Shown in pieces: positions 26,301 through 38,700 of a stretch of 64,000 bases of DNA; within the stretch, counting starts at the first letter, position 1; each line of letters begins with the position of its first letter. Source of the DNA: Auanema rhodensis (Eukaryota > Animalia > Nematoda); contig OZ059895.1 of NCBI GenBank assembly GCA_964057225.1, positions 4,216,001 through 4,280,000 of the forward strand, read 5' to 3'. The position numbers and the translations under genes were made by a program. The notes under the pieces were generated by a model. It did not search any database, was not told the DNA's origin, and saw only the letters and a list, made by a program, of their open reading frames with translations.

Positions 26301-27520
26301 TTTTTAGATTCCTTTTTTCAAGGCAAAGACGATGGACAATGTTATTCAACGAAAAAATTAATTCTTCAGGGTGAAAATCGAGGATATAAGTGTGAACTTA
26401 TATCAGTTGATATCTCGGTGCATTTTTAAGCTAGCGCAAATCTGATAACACAGATCGACGCAGCTTAAAAATCCGCATCGAATGCACTATACTACATTGA
26501 GAAACGCTTAATACAAAAATTAGTTATGATCGTTTGAAAAATGATGCATTAGTGTATGTTGAGTTTCCATGTACACTCAACATTGCTTCCAAAAACATTT
26601 TGACAAAAATTTTTTCGCAAAATTTCAAAATAATTTAGCAAAAAGTAGATGTTTTTAGATTCCTTTTTTCAAGGCAAAGACGATGGACAATGTTATTCAA
26701 CGAAAAAATTAATTCTTCAGGGTGAAAATCGAGGATATAAGTGTGAACTTATATCAGTTGATATCTCGGTGCATTTTTAAGCTAGCGCAAATCTGATAAC
26801 ACAGATCGACGCAGCTTAAAAATCCGCATCGAATGCACTATACTACACTGAGAAACGCTTAATACAAAAATTAGTTATGATCGTTTGAAAAATGATGCAT
26901 TAGTGTATGTTGAGTTTCCATGTACACTCAACATTGCTTCCAAAAACATTTTGACAAAAATTTTTTCGAAAAATTTCAAAATAATTTAGCAAAAAGTAGA
27001 TGTTTTTAGATTCCTTTTTTCAAGGCAAAGACGATGGACAATGTTATTCAACGAAAAAATTAATTCTTCAGGGTGAAAATCGAGGATATAAGTGTGAACT
27101 TATATCAGTTGATATCTCGGTGCATTTTTAAGCTAGCGCAAATCTGATAACACAGATCGACGCAGCTTAAAAATCCGCATCGAATGCACTATACTACATT
27201 GAGAAACGCTTAATACAAAAATTAGTTATGATCGTTTGAAAAATGATGCATTAGTGTATGTTGAGTTTCCATGTACACTCAACATTGCTTCCAAAAACAT
27301 TTTGACAAAAATTTTTTCGCAAAATTTCAAAATAATTTAGCAAAAAGTAGATGTTTTTAGATTCCTTTTTTTAAGGCAAAGATGATGGACAATGTTATTC
27401 AACGAAAAAATTAATTCTTCAGGGTGAAAATCGAGGATATAAGTGTGAACTTATATCAGTTGATATCTCGGTGCATTTTTAAGTTAGCGCAAATCTGATA
27501 ACACAGATCGACGCAGCTTA
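23309..27520. repeat. Tandem duplication of a 6-monomer block (period 2106 bp)
   Basis: Seen: private AATGAGGC at 23386 and 25492 (difference 2106). TGTTATTAG and the cluster GAATTTATAAG...AAATTTGAT...GACGAAGC each occur exactly twice at the same offset. Confidence 0.92.
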
Positions 27521-29275
27521 AAAATCCGCATCGAATGCACTATACTTCATTGAGAGACGCTTAATACAAAAATTAGTTATGATCGTTTGAAAAATGATGC
27601 ATTAGTGTATGTTGAGTTTCCATGTACACTCAACATTGCTTCCAAAAACATTTTGACAAAAATTTTTTCGAAAAATTTCAAAATAATTTAGCAAAAAGTA
27701 GATGTTTTTAGATTCCTTTTTTTAAGGCAAAGATGATGGACAATGTTATTCAACGAAAAAATTATTTCTTCAGGGTGAAAATCGAGGATATAAGTGTGAA
27801 CTTATATCAGTTGATATCTCGGTGAATTTTTAAGCTAGCGCAAATCTGATAACACAGATCGACGCAGCTTAAAAATCCGCATCGAATGCACTATACTACA
27901 TTGAGAAACGCTTAATACAAAAATTAGTTATGATCGTTTGAAAAATGATGCATTAGTGTATGTTGAGTTTCCATGTACACTCAACATTGCTTCCAAAAAC
28001 ATTTTGACAAAAATTTTTTCGCAAAATTTCAAAATAATTTAGCAAAAAGTAGATGTTTTTAGATTCCTTTTTTCAAGGCAAAGACGATGGACAATGTTAT
28101 TCAACGAAAAAATTAATTCTTCAGGGAGAAAATCGAGGATATAAGTGTGAACTTATATCAGTTGATATCTCGGTGCATTTTTAAGCTAGCGCAAATCTGA
28201 TAACACAGATCGACGCAGCTTAAAAATCCGCATCGAATGCACTATACTACACTGAGAAACGCTTAATACAAAAATTAGTTATGATCGTTTGAAAAATGAT
28301 GCATTAGTGTATGTTGAGTTTCCATGTACACTCAACATTGCTTCCAAAAACATTTTGACAAAAATTTTTTCGAAAAATTTCAAAATAATTTAGCAAAAAG
28401 TAGATGTTTTTAGATTCCTTTTTTCAAGGCAAAGACGATGGACAATGTTATTCAACGAAAAAATTAATTCTTCAGGGTGAAAATCGAGGATATAAGTGTG
28501 AACTTATATCAGTTGATATCTCGGTGCATTTTTAAGCTAGCGCAAATCTGATAACACAGATCGACGCAGCTTAAAAATCCGCATCGAATGCACTATACTA
28601 CATTGAGAAACGCTTAATACAAAAATTAGTTATGATCGTTTGAAAAATGATGCATTAGTGTATGTTGAGTTTCCATGTACACTCAACATTGCTTCCAAAA
28701 ACATTTTGACAAAAATTTTTTCGCAAAATTTCAAAATAATTTAGCAAAAAGTAGATGTTTTTAGATTCCTTTTTTTAAGGCAAAGATGATGGACAATGTT
28801 ATTCAACGAAAAAATTAATTCTTCAGGGTGAAAATCGAGGATATAAGTGTGAACTTATATCAGTTGATATCTCGGTGCATTTTTAAGTTAGCGCAAATCT
28901 GATAACACAGATCGACGCAGCTTAAAAATCCGCATCGAATGCACTATACTTCATTGAGAGACGCTTAATACAAAAATTAGTTATGATCGTTTGAAAAATG
29001 ATGCATTAGTGTATGTTGAGTTTCCATGTACACTCAACATTGCTTCCAAAAACATTTTGACAAAAATTTTTTCGAAAAATTTCAAAATAATTTAGCAAAA
29101 AGTAGATGTTTTTAGATTCCTTTTTTTAAGGCAAAGATGATGGACAATGTTATTCAACGAAAAAATTATTTCTTCAGGGTGAAAATCGAGGATATAAGTG
29201 TGAACTTATATCAGTTGATATCTCGGTGAATTTTTAAGCTAGCGCAAATCTGATAACACAGATCGACGCAGCTTA
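26468..29275. repeat. Tandem duplication of a 4-monomer block (period 1404 bp), overlapping the end of the 6-mer
   Basis: Seen: the marker order TCGCAAAA / TACACTG / TCGCAAAA+AAGTTAGC / GAGAGACG+ATTATTTC+GTGAATT occurs at 26468-27871 and again at 27872-29275. Confidence 0.85.
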
Positions 29276-32200
29276 AAAATCCGCATCGAATACACTATAC
29301 TACATTGAGAAACGCTTAATACAAAGATTAGTTATGATCGTTTGAAAAATGATGCATTAGTGTATGTTGAGTTTCCATGTACACTCAACATTGCTTCCAA
29401 AAACATTTTGACAAAAATTTTTTAGAAAAATTTCAAAATAATTTAGCAAAAAGTAGATGTTTTTAGATTCTTTTTTTCAAGGCAAAGACGATGGACAATG
29501 TTATTCAACGAAAAAATTAATTCTTCAGGGTGAAAATCGAGGATATAAGTGTGAACTTATATCAGTTGATATCTCGGTGCATTTTCAAGCTAGCGCAAAT
29601 CTGATAACACAGATCGACGCAGCTTAAAAATCCGCATCGAATGCACTATACTTCATTGAGAAACGCTCAATACAAAAATTAGTTATGATCGTTTGAAAAA
29701 TGATGCATTAGTGTATGTTGAGTTTCCATGTACACTCAACATTGCTTCCAAAAACATTTTGACAAAAATTTTTTCGAAAAATTTCAAAATAATTTAGCAG
29801 AAAGTAGATGTTTTTAGATTCCTTTTTTTAAGGCAAAGATGATGGACAATGTTATTCAACGAAAAAATTAATTCTTCAGGGTGAAAATCGAGGATATAAG
29901 TGTGAACTTATATCAGTTGATATCTCGGTGAATTTTTAAGCTAGCGCAAATCTGATAACACAGATCGACGCAGCTTAAAAATCCGCATCGAATACACTAT
30001 ACTACATTGAGAAACGCTTAATACAAAGATTAGTTATGATCGTTTGAAAAATGATGCATTAGTGTATGTTGAGTTTCCATGTACACTCAACATTGCTTCC
30101 AAAAACATTTTGACAAAAATTTTTTAGAAAAATTTCAAAATAATTTAGCAAAAAGTAGATGTTTTTAGATTCTTTTTTTTAAGGCAAAGACGATGGACAA
30201 TGTTATTCAACGAAAAAATTAATTCTTCAGGGTGAAAATCGAGGATATAAGTGTGAACTTATATCAGTTGATATCTCGGTGCATTTTCAAGCTAGCGCAA
30301 ATCTGATAACACAGATCGACGCAGCTTAAAAATCCGCATCGAATGCACTATACTTCATTGAGAAACGCTCAATACAAAAATTAGTTATGATCGTTTGAAA
30401 AATGATGCATTAGTGTATGTTGAGTTTCCATGTACACTCAACATTGCTTCCAAAAACATTTTGACAAAAATTTTTTCGAAAAATTTCAAAATAATTTAGC
30501 AGAAAGTAGATGTTTTTAGATTCCTTTTTTTAAGGCAAAGATGATGGACAATGTTATTCAACGAAAAAATTAATTCTTCAGGGTGAAAATCGAGGATATA
30601 AGTGTGAACTTATATCAGTTGATATCTCGGTGAATTTTTAAGCTAGCGCAAATCTGATAACACAGATCGACGCAGCTTAAAAATCCGCATCGAATACACT
30701 ATACTACATTGAGAAACGCTTAATACAAAGATTAGTTATGATCGTTTGAAAAATGATGCATTAGTGTATGTTGAGTTTCCATGTACACTCAACATTGCTT
30801 CCAAAAACATTTTGACAAAAATTTTTTAGAAAAATTTCAAAATAATTTAGCAAAAAGTAGATGTTTTTAGATTCTTTTTTTCAAGGCAAAGACGATGGAC
30901 AATGTTATTCAACGAAAAAATTAATTCTTCAGGGTGAAAATCGAGGATATAAGTGTGAACTTATATCAGTTGATATCTCGGTGCATTTTCAAGCTAGCGC
31001 AAATCTGATAACACAGATCGACGCAGCTTAAAAATCCGCATCGAATACACTATACTACATTGAGAAACGCTTAATACAAAGATTAGTTATGATCGTTTGA
31101 AAAATGATGCATTAGTGTATGTTGAGTTTCCATGTACACTCAACATTGCTTCCAAAAACATTTTGACAAAAATTTTTTAGAAAAATTTCAAAATAATTTA
31201 GCAAAAAGTAGATGTTTTTAGATTCTTTTTTTCAAGGCAAAGACGATGGACAATGTTATTCAACGAAAAAATTAATTCTTCAGGGTGAAAATCGAGGATA
31301 TAAGTGTGAACTTATATCAGTTGATATCTCGGTGCATTTTCAAGCTAGCGCAAATCTGATAACACAGATCGACGCAGCTTAAAAATCCGCATCGAATGCA
31401 CTATACTTCATTGAGAAACGCTCAATACAAAAATTAGTTATGATCGTTTGAAAAATGATGCATTAGTGTATGTTGAGTTTCCATGTACACTCAACATTGC
31501 TTCCAAAAACATTTTGACAAAAATTTTTTCGAAAAATTTCAAAATAATTTAGCAGAAAGTAGATGTTTTTAGATTCCTTTTTTTAAGGCAAAGATGATGG
31601 ACAATGTTATTCAACGAAAAAATTAATTCTTCAGGGTGAAAATCGAGGATATAAGTGTGAACTTATATCAGTTGATATCTCGGTGAATTTTTAAGCTAGC
31701 GCAAATCTGATAACACAGATCGACGCAGCTTAAAAATCCGCATCGAATACACTATACTACATTGAGAAACGCTTAATACAAAGATTAGTTATGATCGTTT
31801 GAAAAATGATGCATTAGTGTATGTTGAGTTTCCATGTACACTCAACATTGCTTCCAAAAACATTTTGACAAAAATTTTTTAGAAAAATTTCAAAATAATT
31901 TAGCAAAAAGTAGATGTTTTTAGATTCTTTTTTTTAAGGCAAAGACGATGGACAATGTTATTCAACGAAAAAATTAATTCTTCAGGGTGAAAATCGAGGA
32001 TATAAGTGTGAACTTATATCAGTTGATATCTCGGTGCATTTTCAAGCTAGCGCAAATCTGATAACACAGATCGACGCAGCTTAAAAATCCGCATCGAATG
32101 CACTATACTTCATTGAGAAACGCTCAATACAAAAATTAGTTATGATCGTTTGAAAAATGATGCATTAGTGTATGTTGAGTTTCCATGTACACTCAACATT

Positions 32201-32785
32201 GCTTCCAAAAACATTTTGACAAAAATTTTTTCGAAAAATTTCAAAATAATTTAGCAGAAAGTAGATGTTTTTAGATTCCTTTTTTTAAGGCAAAGATGAT
32301 GGACAATGTTATTCAACGAAAAAATTAATTCTTCAGGGTGAAAATCGAGGATATAAGTGTGAACTTATATCAGTTGATATCTCGGTGAATTTTTAAGCTA
32401 GCGCAAATCTGATAACACAGATCGACGCAGCTTAAAAATCCGCATCGAATACACTATACTACATTGAGAAACGCTTAATACAAAGATTAGTTATGATCGT
32501 TTGAAAAATGATGCATTAGTGTATGTTGAGTTTCCATGTACACTCAACATTGCTTCCAAAAACATTTTGACAAAAATTTTTTAGAAAAATTTCAAAATAA
32601 TTTAGCAAAAAGTAGATGTTTTTAGATTCTTTTTTTCAAGGCAAAGACGATGGACAATGTTATTCAACGAAAAAATTAATTCTTCAGGGTGAAAATCGAG
32701 GATATAAGTGTGAACTTATATCAGTTGATATCTCGGTGCATTTTCAAGCTAGCGCAAATCTGATAACACAGATCGACGCAGCTTA
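29276..32785. repeat. Tandem duplication of a 5-monomer block X-Y-X'-Y-X (period 1755 bp)
   Basis: Seen: X' (TTCTTTTTTTTAAGG rather than TTCTTTTTTTCAAGG) in monomers at 29978 and 31733; the X-X junction is at 31031. Confidence 0.85.
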
Positions 32786-35700
32786 AAAATCCGCATCGAA
32801 TGCACTATACTTCATTGAGAAACGCTCAATACAAAAATTAGTTATGATCGTTTGAAAAATGATGCATTAGTGTATGTTGAGTTTCCATGTACACTCAACA
32901 TTGCTTCCAAAAACATTTTGACAAAAATTTTTTCGAAAAATTTCAAAATAATTTAGCAAAAAGTAGATGTTTTTAGATTCTTTTTTTCAAGGCAAAGACG
33001 ATGGACAATGTTATTCAACGAAAAAATTAATTCTTCAGGGTGAAAATCGAGGATATAAGTGTGAACTTATATCAGTTGATATCTCGGTGCATTTTCAAGC
33101 TAGCGCAAATCTGATAACACAGATCGACGCAGCTTAAAAATCCGCATCGAATGCACTATACTTCATTGAGAAACGCTCAATACAAAAATTAGTTATGATC
33201 GTTTGAAAAATGATGCATTAGTGTATGTTGAGTTTCCATGTACACTCAACATTGCTTCCAAAAACATTTTGACAAAAATTTTTTCGAAAAATTTCAAAAT
33301 AATTTAGCAAAAAGTAGATGTTTTTAGATTCCTTTTTTTAAGGCAAAGATGATGGACAATGTTATTCAACGAAAAAATTAATTCTTCAGGGTGAAAATCG
33401 AGGATATAAGTGTGAACTTATATCAGTTGATATCTCGGTGCATTTTTAAGTTAGCGCAAATCTGATAACACAGATCGACGCAGCTTAAAAATCCGCATCG
33501 AATGCACTATACTTCATTGAGAGACGCTTAATACAAAAATTAGTTATGATCGTTTGAAAAATGATGCATTAGTGTATGTTGAGTTTCCATGTACACTCAA
33601 CATTGCTTCCAAAAACATTTTGACAAAAATTTTTTCGCAAAATTTCAAAATAATTTAGCAAAAAGTAGATGTTTTTAGATTCCTTTTTTTAAGGCAAAGA
33701 TGATGGACAATGTTATTCAACGAAAAAATTAATTCTTCAGGGTGAAAATCGAGGATATAAGTGTGAACTTATATCAGTTGATATCTCGGTGCATTTTTAA
33801 GTTAGCGCAAATCTGATAACACAGATCGACGCAGCTTAAAAATCCGCATCGAATGCACTATACTTCATTGAGAGACGCTTAATACAAAAATTAGTTATGA
33901 TCGTTTGAAAAATGATGCATTAGTGTATGTTGAGTTTCCATGTACACTCAACATTGCTTCCAAAAACATTTTGACAAAAATTTTTTCGAAAAATTTCAAA
34001 ATAATTTAGCAAAAAGTAGATGTTTTTAGATTCCTTTTTTTAAGGCAAAGATGATGGACAATGTTATTCAACGAAAAAATTATTTCTTCAGGGTGAAAAT
34101 CGAGGATATAAGTGTGAACTTATATCAGTTGATATCTCGGTGAATTTTTAAGCTAGCGCAAATCTGATAACACAGATCGACGCAGCTTAAAAATCCGCAT
34201 CGAATACACTATACTACATTGAGAAACGCTTAATACAAAGATTAGTTATGATCGTTTGAAAAATGATGCATTAGTGTATGTTGAGTTTCCATGTACACTC
34301 AACATTGCTTCCAAAAACATTTTGACAAAAATTTTTTAGAAAAATTTCAAAATAATTTAGCAAAAAGTAGATGTTTTTAGATTCTTTTTTTCAAGGCAAA
34401 GACGATGGACAATGTTATTCAACGAAAAAATTAATTCTTCAGGGTGAAAATCGAGGATATAAGTGTGAACTTATATCAGTTGATATCTCGGTGCATTTTC
34501 AAGCTAGCGCAAATCTGATAACACAGATCGACGCAGCTTAAAAATCCGCATCGAATGCACTATACTTCATTGAGAAACGCTCAATACAAAAATTAGTTAT
34601 GATCGTTTGAAAAATGATGCATTAGTGTATGTTGAGTTTCCATGTACACTCAACATTGCTTCCAAAAACATTTTGACAAAAATTTTTTCGAAAAATTTCA
34701 AAATAATTTAGCAGAAAGTAGATGTTTTTAGATTCCTTTTTTTAAGGCAAAGATGATGGACAATGTTATTCAACGAAAAAATTAATTCTTCAGGGTGAAA
34801 ATCGAGGATATAAGTGTGAACTTATATCAGTTGATATCTCGGTGAATTTTTAAGCTAGCGCAAATCTGATAACACAGATCGACGCAGCTTAAAAATCCGC
34901 ATCGAATACACTATACTTCATTGAGAAACGCTCAATACAAAAATTAGTTATGATCGTTTGAAAAATGATGCATTAGTGTATGTTGAGTTTCCATGTACAC
35001 TCAACATTGCTTCCAAAAACATTTTGACAAAAATTTTTTCGAAAAATTTCAAAATAATTTAGCAAAAAGTAGATGTTTTTAGATTCTTTTTTTCAAGGCA
35101 AAGACGATGGACAATGTTATTCAACGAAAAAATTAATTCTTCAGGGTGAAAATCGAGGATATAAGTGTGAACTTATATCAGTTGATATCTCGGTGCATTT
35201 TCAAGCTAGCGCAAATCTGATAACACAGATCGACGCAGCTTAAAAATCCGCATCGAATGCACTATACTTCATTGAGAAACGCTCAATACAAAAATTAGTT
35301 ATGATCGTTTGAAAAATGATGCATTAGTGTATGTTGAGTTTCCATGTACACTCAACATTGCTTCCAAAAACATTTTGACAAAAATTTTTTCGAAAAATTT
35401 CAAAATAATTTAGCAAAAAGTAGATGTTTTTAGATTCTTTTTTTCAAGGCAAAGACGATGGACAATGTTATTCAACGAAAAAATTAATTCTTCAGGGTGA
35501 AAATCGAGGATATAAGTGTGAACTTATATCAGTTGATATCTCGGTGCATTTTCAAGCTAGCGCAAATCTGATAACACAGATCGACGCAGCTTAAAAATCC
35601 GCATCGAATGCACTATACTTCATTGAGAAACGCTCAATACAAAAATTAGTTATGATCGTTTGAAAAATGATGCATTAGTGTATGTTGAGTTTCCATGTAC

Positions 35701-38700
35701 ACTCAACATTGCTTCCAAAAACATTTTGACAAAAATTTTTTAGAAAAATTTCAAAATAATTTAGCAAAAAGTAGATGTTTTTAGATTCTTTTTTTCAAGG
35801 CAAAGACGATGGACAATGTTATTCAACGAAAAAATTAATTCTTCAGGGTGAAAATCGAGGATATAAGTGTGAACTTATATCAGTTGATATCTCGGTGCAT
35901 TTTCAAGCTAGCGCAAATCTGATAACACAGATCGACGCAGCTTAAAAATCCGCATCGAATGCACTATACTTCATTGAGAAACGCTCAATACAAAAATTAG
36001 TTATGATCGTTTGAAAAATGATGCATTAGTGTATGTTGAGTTTCCATGTACACTCAACATTGCTTCCAAAAACATTTTGACAAAAATTTTTTCGAAAAAT
36101 TTCAAAATAATTTAGCAAAAAGTAGATGTTTTTAGATTCTTTTTTTCAAGGCAAAGACGATGGACAATGTTATTCAACGAAAAAATTAATTCTTCAGGGT
36201 GAAAATCGAGGATATAAGTGTGAACTTATATCAGTTGATATCTCGGTGCATTTTCAAGCTAGCGCAAATCTGATAACACAGATCGACGCAGCTTAAAAAT
36301 CCGCATCGAATGCACTATACTTCATTGAGAAACGCTCAATACAAAAATTAGTTATGATCGTTTGAAAAATGATGCATTAGTGTATGTTGAGTTTCCATGT
36401 ACACTCAACATTGCTTCCAAAAACATTTTGACAAAAATTTTTTCGAAAAATTTCAAAATAATTTAGCAAAAAGTAGATGTTTTTAGATTCTTTTTTTCAA
36501 GGCAAAGACGATGGACAATGTTATTCAACGAAAAAATTAATTCTTCAGGGTGAAAATCGAGGATATAAGTGTGAACTTATATCAGTTGATATCTCGGTGC
36601 ATTTTCAAGCTAGCGCAAATCTGATAACACAGATCGACGCAGCTTAAAAATCCGCATCGAATGCACTATACTTCATTGAGAAACGCTCAATACAAAAATT
36701 AGTTATGATCGTTTGAAAAATGATGCATTAGTGTATGTTGAGTTTCCATGTACACTCAACATTGCTTCCAAAAACATTTTGACAAAAATTTTTTCGAAAA
36801 ATTTCAAAATAATTTAGCAAAAAGTAGATGTTTTTAGATTCTTTTTTTCAAGGCAAAGACGATGGACAATGTTATTCAACGAAAAAATTAATTCTTCAGG
36901 GTGAAAATCGAGGATATAAGTGTGAACTTATATCAGTTGATATCTCGGTGCATTTTCAAGCTAGCGCAAATCTGATAACACAGATCGACGCAGCTTAAAA
37001 ATCCGCATCGAATGCACTATACTTCATTGAGAAACGCTCAATACAAAAATTAGTTATGATCGTTTGAAAAATGATGCATTAGTGTATGTTGAGTTTCCAT
37101 GTACACTCAACATTGCTTCCAAAAACATTTTGACAAAAATTTTTTCGAAAAATTTCAAAATAATTTAGCAGAAAGTAGATGTTTTTAGATTCCTTTTTTT
37201 AAGGCAAAGATGATGGACAATGTTAATCAACGAAAAAATTATTTCTTCAGGGTGAAAATCGAGGATATAAGTGTGAACTTATATCAGTTGATATCTCGGT
37301 GCATTTTCAAGCTAGCGCAAATCTGATAACACAGATCGACGCAGCTTAAAAATCCGCATCGAATGCACTATACTACATTGAGGAAAGCTTAATACAAAAA
37401 TTAGTTATGATCGTTTGAAAAATGATGCATTAGTGTATGTTGAGTTTCCATGTACACTCAACATTGCTTCCAAAAACATTTTGACAAAAATTTTTTCGAA
37501 AAATTTCAAAATAATTTAGCAAAAAGTAGATGTTTTTAGATTTCTTTTTTTAAGGCAAAGACGATGGACAATGTTATTCAACGAAAAAATTAATTCTTCA
37601 GGGTGAAAATCGAGGATATAAGTGTGAACTTATATCAGTTGATATCTCGGTGCATTTTCAAGCTAGCGCAAATCTGATAACACAGATCGACGCAGCTTAA
37701 AAATCCGCATCGAATGCACTATACTACATTGAGGAAAGCTTAATACAAAAATTAGTTATGATCGTTTGAAAAATGATGCATTAGTGTATGTTGAGTTTCC
37801 ACGTACACTCAACATTGCTTCCAAAAACATTTTGACAAAAATTTTTTCGAAAAATTTCAAAATAATTTAGCAAAAAGTAGATGTTTTTAGATTCCTTTTT
37901 TTAAGGCAAAGATGATGGACAATGTTATTCAACGAAAAAATTATTTCTTCAGGGTGAAAATCGAGGATATAAGTGTGAACTTATATCAGTTGATATCTCG
38001 GTGAATTTTTAAGCTAGCGCAAATCTGATAACACAGATCGACGCAGCTTAAAAATCCGCATCGAATGCACTATACTTCATTGAGAAACGCTCAATACAAA
38101 ATTAGTTATGATCGTTTGAAAAATGATGCATTAGTGTATGTTGAGTTTCCATGTACACTCAACATTGCTTCCAAAAACATTTTGACAAAAATTTTTTCGA
38201 AAAATTTCAAAATAATTTAGCAGAAAGTAGATGTTTTTAGATTCCTTTTTTTAAGGCAAAGATGATGGACAATGTTATTCAACGAAAAAATTAATTCTTC
38301 AGGGTGAAAATCGAGGATATAAGTGTGAACTTATATCAGTTGATATCTCGGTGAATTTTTAAGCTAGCGCAAATCTGATAACACAGATCGACGCAGCTTA
38401 AAAATCCGCATCGAATACACTATACTACATTGAGAAACGCTTAATACAAAGATTAGTTATGATCGTTTGAAAAATGATGCATTAGTGTATGTTGAGTTTC
38501 CATGTACACTCAACATTGCTTCCAAAAACATTTTGACAAAAATTTTTTAGAAAAATTTCAAAATAATTTAGCAAAAAGTAGATGTTTTTAGATTCTTTTT
38601 TTTAAGGCAAAGACGATGGACAATGTTATTCAACGAAAAAATTAATTCTTCAGGGTGAAAATCGAGGATATAAGTGTGAACTTATATCAGTTGATATCTC

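Larger units (their letters stand above)
22256..29275. repeat. Variant domain B (monomers 65-84), no indels
   Basis: Seen: new markers TTCGCAAAA, TACACTGAG, AAGTTAGCG, GAGAGACGC and GGTGAATTT appear; CATTTTTAAG becomes dominant; the 16-bp deletion is absent. Confidence 0.8.
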
